From a virus: DNA of 64,000 nucleotides. A program made the position numbers and the translations under genes. This document shows, piece by piece, positions 1 through 9,669 of this stretch (position 1 is the stretch's first letter; every line of letters starts with the position of its first letter). Location of the stretch: the IMG/VR virus record IMGVR_UViG_3300025133_000032; one strand, written 5' to 3'. The notes beneath the pieces are model-generated. The model worked only from the letters and a program-made list of their open reading frames with translations. It searched no databases and was not told the DNA's origin.

Positions 1-455
1 CCTTTCATGTTTCCAATCAACAAACAATGAAGTCTAAATTCTTCTTTGGAAAGTTCTTTGTCATGAATCGAGAACTCCCTGTATTTAACATCCCCATTTT
101 CACAGAAAGTTTCATAAGCTGGACCATCTTCTCTGTGATATTTGTCATGAAGATAGAACTGTCTGATATAGACATTCCCATTTTCATAGAAAGATTCATA
201 AGCTGGACCATCTTCTCTGTGATATTTGTCATGAAGATAGAACTCCCTGTATTTAACATTCCCATTTTCATAGAAAGATTCATAAGCTGGACCATCTTCT
301 CTATGGTGGTTGCCATGAAGATAGAACTGTCTGGCATAAACATTCCCATTTTCATAGAAAGATTCATAAGCTGGACCATCTTCTCTATGGCGGTTGCCAT
401 GAAGATAGAACTCTCTATATTTAACATTCCCATTTTCGTAGAAAATTTCTTTCAT
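1..455 (-). CDS. HREDGPA-repeat (MORN-variant-like) protein, runs off the left edge; true frame not in ORF track
   Basis: Manual translation from ATG at 455: MKEIF, then four 28-aa units like YENGNVKYREFYLHxxxHREDGPAYESF, then ...KEEFRLHCLLIGNMK; no stop before position 1. Confidence 0.85.
   Translation of the reverse strand, partial: MKEIFYENGNVKYREFYLHGNRHREDGPAYESFYENGNVYARQFYLHGNHHREDGPAYESFYENGNVKYREFYLHDKYHREDGPAYESFYENGNVYIRQFYLHDKYHREDGPAYETFCENGDVKYREFSIHDKELSKEEFRLHCLLIGNMK
58..440. repeat. 84-bp tandem coding repeat, about 4.5 copies
   Basis: ttcataagctggaccatcttctct recurs at 84-bp period; encodes 28-aa units. Confidence 0.95.
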
Positions 456-566
456 TTTAGGCTTTTACCTGACAAAACCAATCCAGTAATACTGCTACTG
501 TATTTATTAATTATATTAATACATTAAATAACAAAGAGCACACTATAGATTAAAAGTGCTTATTAT

Positions 567-638
567 CTATTTATAGGTTTCTTTTAAAGCTTCAAAATCT
601 ATCTTAGAGTCTCCAGGCGTCTTATAACTATTATCATC
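567..638 (-). pseudogene. Chimeric remnant: WCTA/LRV-family fragment joined to an HREDGPA-family C-terminus
   Basis: Translates DDNSYKTPGDSKIDFEALKETYK*; compare NSYKTPGD..SKI(G/D)F in 6692..8053 and 13315..14427, and LKETY in 47801..48205. Confidence 0.6.
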
Positions 639-1067
639 TTACTTCTTTGTCATGCTAAATGTCGCCAGCCCATTGCCGACGTTCGTATATATAAAATTGA
701 CCTTCAATCTCTCAAATATGTAATTATTACATAATACATGCTTTATGTAAGTCTTTTCTAACGCATGTAAATTATTGTTTGCCAGCAAATAGATTCTATA
801 ATGCTCTACTGGCATCTTTTCGTCATTCAAGAAATAAAATTGACCGTCGATATTACCACTTGTACCGTAACATATAACAGCTGGACCATCTTCTCTGTGA
901 CGCTCGCCATCAACGGCATACTCATATCTACGTACTGCTCCGGGTTCGCGATATACTGTTATTGCAGGGCCAAGTTCATTATGCAAAACACCCTGGGGTC
1001 CTAGTGTATGCATCTCTCTTTCCACTTCACCAGAGTTGAAATAGAAGTGTGATATATGACTATCCAT
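639..1067 (-). CDS. HREDGPA-repeat protein
   Basis: LHNELGPA and HREDGPA motifs, YRIYLL..ALEKTY; start likely the ATG at 1067 overlapping the upstream gene end. Confidence 0.8.
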   Translation of the reverse strand: MDSHISHFYFNSGEVEREMHTLGPQGVLHNELGPAITVYREPGAVRRYEYAVDGERHREDGPAVICYGTSGNIDGQFYFLNDEKMPVEHYRIYLLANNNLHALEKTYIKHVLCNNYIFERLKVNFIYTNVGNGLATFSMTKK

Positions 1068-1386
1068 ATGTTTTCTCAAGTGCAGTAAAATTAGTAATTA
1101 GCAGCAAAAATACGCGAAACTCTTCCACAGAGAAGTAGTTACCTTGGATAGCGTAGAGCAATTCTTGTATGGTACCATCCTCATGATACATTATACAGGC
1201 AGGACCATCTTCCCTGTGGGCTGACCCATTCTTGTAATATTCTTCGTAATATTTGCTGCCGTCCCTATTAAATGACATATAAGCTGGCTCATCTTCTCGA
1301 TGAAGAACATCATTCATAAAATATTCACGGACACATAACTCGCCGCTAGGCCAAAGTTGATCTCTTTTAAATGATACTTCACTCAT
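1060..1386 (-). CDS. HREDGPA-repeat protein
   Basis: LHREDEPA, HREDGPA, C-terminal FRVFLL..ALEKTYG. Confidence 0.85.
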   Translation of the reverse strand: MSEVSFKRDQLWPSGELCVREYFMNDVLHREDEPAYMSFNRDGSKYYEEYYKNGSAHREDGPACIMYHEDGTIQELLYAIQGNYFSVEEFRVFLLLITNFTALEKTYG

Positions 1387-1612
1387 ATGTTTTTTCTAAC
1401 GCTTTATAATCATTTTTAACAAGTAGGTATAAGCGGTAATACTCCCTTGAGGCCAATACGCCACTCAGATAATAATCTTCATTATAGCTGTATGGACCAA
1501 AAAAAATAATTGCGGGCCCGTCTTCTCTATGAAGATGCCCATTATTCAAAATATACTTACATAAAAAAACTTTACCAGAAGCATACTTTTCAATATGTTT
1601 AGTTGATTTCAT
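1379..1612 (-). CDS. HREDGPA single-repeat protein
   Basis: LHREDGPA, YRLYLL..ALEKTYE. Confidence 0.8.
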   Translation of the reverse strand: MKSTKHIEKYASGKVFLCKYILNNGHLHREDGPAIIFFGPYSYNEDYYLSGVLASREYYRLYLLVKNDYKALEKTYE

Positions 1613-3204
1613 AATTCTAATACATATTTAGAGTTTTTGCAACCCCAAATCTTAGAAACACCGGCGGCCCTAGCAACTTCTTTTTCTGGCACTCCATCTC
1701 GTGCTTTATATTTCGTTCTATTATACCGATGATTAAAGTCTGTCCACCAAAATCGTGCAACGGTTTTTTTATCAAAAATTAAACCTGCTTTGTCGTATGC
1801 ATGTGTATACCCAAATCTATCATCTGCGTATGAGATTATACGGGTATATTTCTCTTTTTTTGCCCACTTAATAGCAGCGCTAATAAGCTTAGACATTCCA
1901 CCGATGACAAAAGTCCCTTTTTTAAAGGCTAGTCTAGCAATTTCAATTTCGTGTGTATCAACGCTAAACACTTTTCTTCTTAGAGTTAAGGCGCCTAATA
2001 TTTCTCCATTCATCGACAATGATATTGCATGCTTAAATTTTACATTGCCGTCTAAATGGTTTTCATTCATAAACTGACTTGCTTGCTGCCTTGAGCAATC
2101 CTGTAATAAACACTTTCTAGCAAAATATCTTCTCGACATACCTAAATTATGTGAAATCATTGACTCAACTATTGAACGTTTGTCTCGCCATTCATCTTCG
2201 AAAATATGCAGTAATCTAATTCCTTGTTCTGAGCACATTTCCGTTTTTTGCTGATGTGATATGCATATCGCACCAGCTTTTTCTGAGTGCCAGTATAAAC
2301 CATTAAATTCTATTCCGAATTTGAACTCTGGAATAAAAACGTCTATTTCCTTAGGCTGAATTATTTCTCTGGTTGAGAATGCTTTGACACCTAAACTTTT
2401 TACGAATGTAAGAACCTCTTCTTGTGCTTTTGACGTCTTCCTAGGCGGAAAACAGATATAACATTGGCTGCCTTCATCTAAAGCTTTTAACGTCTTTCTT
2501 TGTAAAGTTTTGCACTTGATACACTCTACCTCAAGATGAGATTGATATGATTTATAGTCAAGCGTTGATGTCACTAGTTTAAAATCTTTTTCTCTTTTCT
2601 TTACCCTCTTTTCAATCTCATCTTGAGGCAGAAGTAATGAGGTTGATAACTTTATCAGCCGAGAGTCAGTATATTTTGTTAAACCCTTCGACCAAACTCC
2701 CCCATTTTTTTTGATGCCTTCTTTTACAGCAATGGATATTTTCTTTAGCCTTGGGTCTGTATACTTTGTTAAGCCCTTCGACCAAGAGGGCCCTTTAGAA
2801 AGATCATCATACGGGCCAGGAGTTTTTGGCTTTTTTGTCAATGCTCTAGCTTCGCTTATCTTTAAACAAGTCTCTTTTCTAATTTCCGGGTTATGTGCCC
2901 AATGCTTACCATCAAGCTGTGCTTTAGAGATAGACGCGCCTCGTAATTTTATTCTTTCATCATTATCTTTCGTTAAGCCCTCTTGCCATTTTCCCCTATG
3001 AGCTGGGCAGTATTTTTGATACCCACGTGAATTGCCTCTAAATTTTGGCTTATTAGAGCAAGAATCATAATCACATACTGGCGCTAAGCCGCCAAGCTTA
3101 ATTAAAACATACGACTCTTCACGGTTTATTGAATGTGTCCGTGCCAAATGTGTCGTTAAGCCGTTATAATTCTTAAACTCTCTATCGCATTTAGGGCATT
3201 TCAT
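1609..3204 (-). mobile_element. Putative free-standing homing endonuclease (Hef/Vsr/DUF559-like nuclease with Zn fingers, NUMOD-like repeats and GNAT-like C-terminal domain)
   Basis: C2H2 finger CPKC..HLARTH, repeated W(S/Q)(K/E)GLTK..D.R, CxxC pairs, EIDVFIPEFKFGIEFNGLYWH, LHIFEDEW; ATGA overlap with dnaE stop. Confidence 0.75.
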
Positions 3205-5384
3205 ATTATTTCTATCGGTAACTTAATATCATCATCTTCATTGAGCAGCTTAGCCATTTTTAATTGACCATTGGTTAATCTTAGTTTTTGAAAAGAAAAT
3301 ACTTCTGTTACTGTACCATCATTAAATTCAAGCTCTAACTTATCATTTCCGCAGCGTTGAAGTATTAACTCTATACATCTCTGGATTATTCGTAACGTCT
3401 CTAGACCAAGCAAGTCAAATTTCACCCATCCAAGAGACTCAAGATGTTTGAAATGCATTCCCTCAACCCAAGGTGTTTGAGGTTCTTTTTTCGAAAGGAT
3501 AACAGGCATTTGCTCTGGAACATTCTCAGAAACAATAACACCTCCAGCATGCTTTCCTAGTGCTTTATTCTCCTTAAAAAGATTCTTAATTGGTTCACCA
3601 ACATGAGGGTACTTTTCAATAAACTCTCTAAATGGTTTACAATATTTGATGCCATCATCAAACTTAAGCTGGAATAAGTTCTTGTCATCACCCTGGCGTA
3701 GTACAGCTTTTCTTACATCATTGTCTAGCGTTTTTGTAGCTATATTAACTTCATCGAATGAAATTCCAAAGAACCTAGAAATATCCTTGATAAGTGATTT
3801 AAGTTGGAATGTATTGTAGTTTGAAATGGGAATAACATTCCTGTCACCAAATTTATCTTTAAGCAAGCCAATGAGCAAGTCACGATTGCCGACGTCTGAG
3901 TCGATATCTGGCATGCCTTGGCGGAATTTTGAAATAAATCTTTCAAAAATCAAGTCATACTTCAAGGGATCAATTTGTGTAATACCAAGGACATAATTAA
4001 CTAATGAACCTGCACCAGAGCCTCGACCACACCCTACGAGCATGTGCTCTGCAGCTATATCCATAATCGCTTTCATAGTCAAGAAGTATTCACAAAAATC
4101 ACGCTCTGTAATCGTCTCTAGCTCGAAAAGCAACCTTTCTTCGTAATCGCTTTTGCCAGCTAGACCCATTTTCTGCATGCCAATATTGCATAGATCACTT
4201 AATGCAGCGGCCGGTGTTGTATCTTTTGGTACAACATACGATGGCAATTTTATTCTCGTATCTGGCTCCACTGCTTCTATTTGATTGAATGCAATATCGT
4301 GTGTTCTTTCGATAGCATCAGCTACTAGTTGATCATCATACCAAGAAAACTCTTTTGGTGAGCGCTTGTATTCATCCCACATCTGGGACGCGTTCTTTGG
4401 GTACAACTCGCACTTTAAGTCCTCCACACTCTTAGGTATCTGTGTAGGATCAATTTCAGCGTAATTTAGCCACCCCAACTTCTTATAAATTTCCCTATCT
4501 TTCCATACTTCTGGTTTATAGTAGTGTGAATCAGCAGTTGCTATAAGAGGAATTCCTGTCTTTTTAGAAAGCTCCATCAGCATTCTATTGACAAGGTGTT
4601 GCGGCCCAAGCTTATTAAATTGTAATTCTAGATAAAAGTTTTCTTCGCCGACTGCATCAACGAGCCTATCAACAGAATTTTCTAACTTTTGTAGAACCTT
4701 GCTGCGGATATTATTGTCATCGACTAAGCTTGGTATAAGCTCTTCAAATGAGGCACTAGGAAACTCTGAAAATATATCATACGCTAGAGGGCCACCTATA
4801 CATGCTGTGGACACGACAAAGTCACCCTTGCACGCCTTAAGCATTGAAAGATCAATCCTAGGAAACCTATAGAAGCCCTCTAAATATCCTCTAGAGACTG
4901 TCTTGAATAAACTGGTAAGGCCCTTAGACGTCTTTGCCAGTACGACAAGGTGGTGCCGTCTCTTAATAGGGTCATAAAATTTTGAGAATTTTGATTCGTC
5001 TTCATTCTCGACCGTCGAACCATGTTGATTCTCATTCTTCAGCTTTTTCCCAGATTTTTTCTTTGTTTCATCAGAAGCTTGCTTCTGACGGCGCCATTCA
5101 TCGAGATCTGGATGCATATAAACTTCGCATCCAGGAATGAACTTAAAATTTCGGCCTTGCTTTTCTAAATCTTTTGCAAAAAGATACGCATGAGCGTAAC
5201 TATTCATGTGGCCATGGTTTGTTATCGCAAGAGCGCTACGATGAGCTTCCTCTTTTGTATTTTCTAGTACAAAGTTAAAGTGCTCTTGGGGTAAGCCCAT
5301 GCCATCGAAAGTCGAAAACCCATCATGAGCATGTAAGCCAACGAATTTTGTCGGTTTCAACACAATATTACTTTTCTCTTTCAT
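3201..5384 (-). CDS. dnaE: DNA polymerase III alpha subunit, N-terminal part only (PHP + palm), ending in a Hint-like tail
   Basis: LHAH..S.FDG, ATADSHY, GRGSGAGSLV, FERF, MPDIDSD, HAGGV, KFDLLGL; ends about 60 aa after KFDLLGL, lacking fingers/HhH/OB. Confidence 0.93.
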   Translation of the reverse strand: MKEKSNIVLKPTKFVGLHAHDGFSTFDGMGLPQEHFNFVLENTKEEAHRSALAITNHGHMNSYAHAYLFAKDLEKQGRNFKFIPGCEVYMHPDLDEWRRQKQASDETKKKSGKKLKNENQHGSTVENEDESKFSKFYDPIKRRHHLVVLAKTSKGLTSLFKTVSRGYLEGFYRFPRIDLSMLKACKGDFVVSTACIGGPLAYDIFSEFPSASFEELIPSLVDDNNIRSKVLQKLENSVDRLVDAVGEENFYLELQFNKLGPQHLVNRMLMELSKKTGIPLIATADSHYYKPEVWKDREIYKKLGWLNYAEIDPTQIPKSVEDLKCELYPKNASQMWDEYKRSPKEFSWYDDQLVADAIERTHDIAFNQIEAVEPDTRIKLPSYVVPKDTTPAAALSDLCNIGMQKMGLAGKSDYEERLLFELETITERDFCEYFLTMKAIMDIAAEHMLVGCGRGSGAGSLVNYVLGITQIDPLKYDLIFERFISKFRQGMPDIDSDVGNRDLLIGLLKDKFGDRNVIPISNYNTFQLKSLIKDISRFFGISFDEVNIATKTLDNDVRKAVLRQGDDKNLFQLKFDDGIKYCKPFREFIEKYPHVGEPIKNLFKENKALGKHAGGVIVSENVPEQMPVILSKKEPQTPWVEGMHFKHLESLGWVKFDLLGLETLRIIQRCIELILQRCGNDKLELEFNDGTVTEVFSFQKLRLTNGQLKMAKLLNEDDDIKLPIEII

Positions 5385-5588
5385 ATATTTTTTCTATGTA
5401 GTTGCTATCGATTTTTTTCTAAATCGAATGTTAAGTTTAAAATGGCAACCGCAAGTATATTCGCGGTGTGAGGTGTAATATTTATATTATCGAACAGCAA
5501 CATTGCTATGTTAGACTTGTATGCTTCATGTAAACCTTCATCACTAATGAGATACACCCCATCAGTCTCCTTATTAATGAAAAGGAGT

Positions 5589-6632
5589 TCATCTTATTGT
5601 ATCCACAATTCGTGTAATGAACTCATCTGAGATATCAGTTGGTACACTTTTTGTTGTTACTGTCCAAATTTTATTTCCCTGATCTGTCCTTCCGTTTGAT
5701 TTTATAACAACATTATAGCTTGTAACACCCTTTTTTATTACTTCAACCAATGCGCCAGGTACGATCGTGTATAAACCCCTCTTCCTGCGATCAATCTCAC
5801 CGTTGATTAGATCTACTGGAGGTGGCATAGGGGCTCCCTCTTTCCTAAAGGCATAACTGCCCTCGTTTTCGACTGTAAATTTGCCAGCAAGTCTAGCCAA
5901 TTCTTCGTCAGACAACACACCTGGCCCGAACTTCATCAAGCCAGCTGCACAATATGACGATGGCTTTTTTTGTGTTTCACTGTGGAGCCAGTTAACCAAA
6001 TGAGCGCGCGTGTTCTTCTCAATCGTCTTATATCCATACTTCACGAAATACTTTTTTATGCGATTTGGAAAATAATTTCCAGGCCGGAGTGCTTTTAGTG
6101 TCTTTGATTTTTCTAATGCTTGTTGCTCAGGATGAATGTACGCATTATGCAGCGTGAATCCCACCATGCAATTGACAAAGTCAAAGTTTTTGAGCATTGT
6201 CACTGGATTTCCAAACTTTGATTTTATTACCTGTATCGTCATCCTTGGCCTACCTGGCATGTTTATTGTTGTTTGCTTGGCATGCTTTCCGTGCGTCTCA
6301 GACCAACGTAGACGGCGACTGCTGCCACCGTATATTATATACGACGGCAGCTCACTATACTGGATTTTGACTGCGAACTTCTCTAGACTTTCTACTACGG
6401 CTTTTACTTGGTTCTCGTCATAGCAGAAAACATCTAAATCACCGCCCTTAAGAAAATGCGTAAACACACACTTAGTAGAACCATCATTTAAAAGCTTTCG
6501 TATAAATCCACCAGCGACATAAGCACCAGCGTCTAAAATATAGTGAAGAGGAAAATATCTGTCTTCTACTAATTTTTTTAGGCCATCAACTTTTGAATAT
6601 AACCACTCAATGTCATGTTTCTCAATAATCAT
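5589..6632 (-). CDS. Nucleotidyltransferase (CCA-adding/poly(A) polymerase head-like)
   Basis: YVAGGFIR...GDLDVF...IQVIK...G.P...KNFDF.NC. Confidence 0.65.
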   Translation of the reverse strand: MIIEKHDIEWLYSKVDGLKKLVEDRYFPLHYILDAGAYVAGGFIRKLLNDGSTKCVFTHFLKGGDLDVFCYDENQVKAVVESLEKFAVKIQYSELPSYIIYGGSSRRLRWSETHGKHAKQTTINMPGRPRMTIQVIKSKFGNPVTMLKNFDFVNCMVGFTLHNAYIHPEQQALEKSKTLKALRPGNYFPNRIKKYFVKYGYKTIEKNTRAHLVNWLHSETQKKPSSYCAAGLMKFGPGVLSDEELARLAGKFTVENEGSYAFRKEGAPMPPPVDLINGEIDRRKRGLYTIVPGALVEVIKKGVTSYNVVIKSNGRTDQGNKIWTVTTKSVPTDISDEFITRIVDTIR

Positions 6633-6691
6633 TAAGAAATTATATAAAATATGGGATTTTTAATTCCCATTATTGTGACAAACTTTGTTTA

Positions 6692-8053
6692 CTATTTCTC
6701 CCAGCTGCGAGTTATTTTATTATATTTTCTTTTAGCCAACCTTCTATTGTTAAAATTCTCATCATCAAACATACTAGCCAGTATTTCAGGTGTAACATCC
6801 GCGCTACGTATGACATGCCGTCGGATCTTTGGCACTTCATCTTTTGAAAACTTGACAAGGATTTCATGAGGGAGTCTTTTTCTGCCGGCGAGTTCCAACC
6901 TTACAAAATCGTCCCCGGCATCTGCGAGTCGCATTAGAGTGCTATCTGACGTCGACCTATGCCGTACGACGGCACCCATTACACGGAAAAAACTGTCATC
7001 TGCCAGCTTATCAAGCATATCAGGTGTTGCATCTGCGTGCCGAGCTACCATCATCCGGTCGCTGTCATTTTTGCTCAAAACAAGTTTCTCCAACTTTGCC
7101 ATAGATATACTTTTAGCGTAAGACTTAACGTCATCTGATAGTTTATAATCTGCGGCATTGGTAAGCATAGACATACTATACCCGCCGCCATCCTCATAGC
7201 GATCATTAATCTGATTAAGCAAGCTAAAGTATGGTGCCGGGCGTAATCCCTTAACAAGCTTTTTAAATCTAGGAACCGACTTCACAGCTTTTTTAATCTC
7301 AACTAGGGCCGGATGTTCTTTTATTTTTGCCGCATGACGTTCGATCGCCGCAAGCATCTCTTTATGCTCATCACCGAATGCATCACTAAACTCGAATTTA
7401 TTGTTATCTTGATCGACTGTTATATCATTTTGGTTAGGCATCCTGATTTTTCCATATACTACGCCAATTGACCACTTTTTACTCTCGTCATGTTTGTCAA
7501 GAATATAGTAAAGAATAACATCATTAGTTATTATGTAACTATAGAATAAATTCTCACCCTTGGTTCTTGCAGTGCACCATGTCGTGCCGCGCCCAAGCGC
7601 GCACGAAGCATTCACGCTTCTTGGCATCAGAATGACAAAATTGTCTGATTCATAAACCTTATCAGCATCGCCAGATGCTGCCTTGAAACCTATCTTAGAG
7701 TCATCAGGAAGCTCTTCAAGCTTCCGGTGTAGATCCCCAGGGGTCTTATAGGAATTAATATCAGCGTCTTTACCTTTAAGTTTCTGTCTATTTTTAGCAT
7801 CATCAAATGATATGACCAAGGGAGAAATATCTCTTAAGGGTTCATTATTTGAACGTGAAACACGTTCAAGCCATGTAAGATATTGCTTTAGTTTGGCTTG
7901 CGGTAGAACTTGAAGCTTTTCAAATGCTTCATCCCACTCTTCCGGTGACCTACTAGATTTTTCCTTAATATTATCGATGACACCTTCGTGAAGAAGTCGT
8001 TCATTGAAGCATTTTGAAATAGCTTCACGAAGGTGTTTTATCTTTACAAGCAT
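6692..8053 (-). CDS. WCTA-domain (PcfJ-like) protein with about 4 LRV/HEAT-like 26-aa repeats (family copy 1)
   Basis: MPRS..ASCALGRGTTWCTA..GENLFY core shared with two other loci; 26-aa repeats. Confidence 0.8.
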   Translation of the reverse strand: MLVKIKHLREAISKCFNERLLHEGVIDNIKEKSSRSPEEWDEAFEKLQVLPQAKLKQYLTWLERVSRSNNEPLRDISPLVISFDDAKNRQKLKGKDADINSYKTPGDLHRKLEELPDDSKIGFKAASGDADKVYESDNFVILMPRSVNASCALGRGTTWCTARTKGENLFYSYIITNDVILYYILDKHDESKKWSIGVVYGKIRMPNQNDITVDQDNNKFEFSDAFGDEHKEMLAAIERHAAKIKEHPALVEIKKAVKSVPRFKKLVKGLRPAPYFSLLNQINDRYEDGGGYSMSMLTNAADYKLSDDVKSYAKSISMAKLEKLVLSKNDSDRMMVARHADATPDMLDKLADDSFFRVMGAVVRHRSTSDSTLMRLADAGDDFVRLELAGRKRLPHEILVKFSKDEVPKIRRHVIRSADVTPEILASMFDDENFNNRRLAKRKYNKITRSWEK

Positions 8054-8079
8054 TAAAGATAATTATAGGTTATATGTCA

Positions 8080-8454
8080 TTAATACCCGTCAGAAATTCT
8101 TCTGTGTAAAACAGTGTCTTTCCGTTTATACGCTTCAAAGAATTCATCAGGTGTGATACCGACGAAGATAAGAATTTCTAAAAAATATTTGTATGCATCA
8201 ACAAGTTCTTCTAAAAACTTGTCTTTATCAAACTCAATAACGTGCGTTTTTCTATGTGTCTTTGAGTTCTTTAACTCCTGTACAGCCTCGAATAGTTCAC
8301 CCATGCTATTAAATGCTAAATTTTTACACTCAATTTGACTTTGCTTTGCTGAAATATCTAATGGCCACTCTGGAAAATTCTCATGTTTTTCCTTGAGTCT
8401 TTCCATAAACTTTTCTTGCAAAGAAAACATCTGTTCTAGTTTGTCAGTCGTCAA
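8080..8454 (-). CDS. All-alpha NTP pyrophosphatase (dimeric dUTPase/MazG-like)
   Basis: GELFEAVQEL...EELVDAYKY...Y.RK.....RI..GY. Confidence 0.75.
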   Translation of the reverse strand: MTTDKLEQMFSLQEKFMERLKEKHENFPEWPLDISAKQSQIECKNLAFNSMGELFEAVQELKNSKTHRKTHVIEFDKDKFLEELVDAYKYFLEILIFVGITPDEFFEAYKRKDTVLHRRISDGY

Positions 8455-8720
8455 TGTAAGCTCGTTTCACTATCATCATCCATGCTCATCATATCTTCAA
8501 GATGATCAAACATGGCTTCGACGTCTTTTGCGTCTTTTTCCATGTACTCTGGCGTCAATACAAGTGTACCAGCACCCTCACTGGGCTCTAATACTAAGAG
8601 CCTAAAATGATCTGAGATGTCGGTTCCAGTCATTAGCCCAACTTGCACAAGTTTCACGATTTGTGCAATTACGCTATCATCAAGTCTAAAAATCCGTCTG
8701 TCCATATTCTGTGTATCCAT
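8451..8720 (-). CDS. Hypothetical protein
   Basis: Clean ORF with upstream -10 box, overlaps next gene. Confidence 0.65.
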   Translation of the reverse strand: MDTQNMDRRIFRLDDSVIAQIVKLVQVGLMTGTDISDHFRLLVLEPSEGAGTLVLTPEYMEKDAKDVEAMFDHLEDMMSMDDDSETSLH

Positions 8721-8761
8721 AATTTGTAATATACGTAACCCTACAGTGAATGTTTAAAACT

Positions 8762-9223
8762 TTAAGCGTCTATAAAAAAAGCCAATGGCTTTTCGCCGCG
8801 AGCCGATCGCAATAACGTTATCATATCTTTTCTAGGCACGATTGCTGTCGACACATCATCTATATTATGGCAAACAAACGATGTACCTTGCATTTCGCTA
8901 ATAAACGTATAATGGCTTAACACTTCTTGCGCACCTTCATCATACCAGTAGTATGTTAATATACAAGAACTTCCAGCCCTGATTCTATCATCTAGGTCTT
9001 GAATTTTAGTTGGTGCATCTGGTGTTACTGTCAAACGTTTATATGAGCTTATAGCATTAAGAACATCTATAGGCCAAGCACCTTCAGATACATTATACTT
9101 ACATTTTTTTGCTAACCTCTTATATGAATTCTTCATTGTAAACTTAAAGCCCGCCCACTTAAGTGCATTTAATACTGCTATTGGACCACATGATGTGTTA
9201 TTACGCTGTTTTACATATCTCAT
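8762..9223 (-). CDS. Peptidase C39-like papain-fold protein
   Basis: YVKQ....SCGP.A..NAL and downstream HY. Confidence 0.7.
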   Translation of the reverse strand: MRYVKQRNNTSCGPIAVLNALKWAGFKFTMKNSYKRLAKKCKYNVSEGAWPIDVLNAISSYKRLTVTPDAPTKIQDLDDRIRAGSSCILTYYWYDEGAQEVLSHYTFISEMQGTSFVCHNIDDVSTAIVPRKDMITLLRSARGEKPLAFFIDA

Positions 9224-9237
9224 ATAAAATTATATCA

Positions 9238-9669
9238 TTATGCGTTTTTATGTTTTATACGTTCAATTACTATTTTTCCGTCTGGAAAAACCAAGAAAAG
9301 TGGTTTACCTGCCTTTCTTGTGAACCCGATTGTCGCCCAAGTCCCTGATCTTTTGACCATCTCGAAGTTTGGAGGGCAAGCAATCATGACTTTCGCATCC
9401 TTGACAATTGCTCTGTTCCTCACCATAGGTGATACAGGCTCCGATAGCGGTACCGCATCAGAGTTAGCACGCATATTTTCTATTGTGCATGGTCTCATAT
9501 TTCTCTCAAAATTAAGTGCAGCACAGATGTCATTAAAATCATTGTCAGCGCCGATGCAATCTCCGTGCAGACCGACAGTGTCAGCGTCAAATTCTTTGAG
9601 TATTTTTGTTACACTACCTTTTTGTAAATCTGTCATTCCACTTCTGGTGCCAGTAAATCCAACTATCAT
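9238..9669 (-). CDS. SLOG-superfamily (DprA/YspA-like) nucleotide-binding protein
   Basis: VGFTGTR, HGDCIGAD, RNRAIV, SGTWATI. Confidence 0.7.
   Translation of the reverse strand: MIVGFTGTRSGMTDLQKGSVTKILKEFDADTVGLHGDCIGADNDFNDICAALNFERNMRPCTIENMRANSDAVPLSEPVSPMVRNRAIVKDAKVMIACPPNFEMVKRSGTWATIGFTRKAGKPLFLVFPDGKIVIERIKHKNA

Noticed and set aside
58-440. CRISPR array or DGR template/variable repeat
   Set aside because: Contiguous coding repeats with no unique spacers; no cas or reverse transcriptase gene in the window.
17-527. ORF-track calls 17..433 (-) and 27..527 (+)
   Set aside because: Shadow frames kept open by the 84-bp repeat; the HREDGPA frame matches the neighbouring paralogs.
5385-5590. 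Small ~50-aa ORF upstream of dnaE
   Set aside because: Ambiguous start and frame, no recognisable motif.
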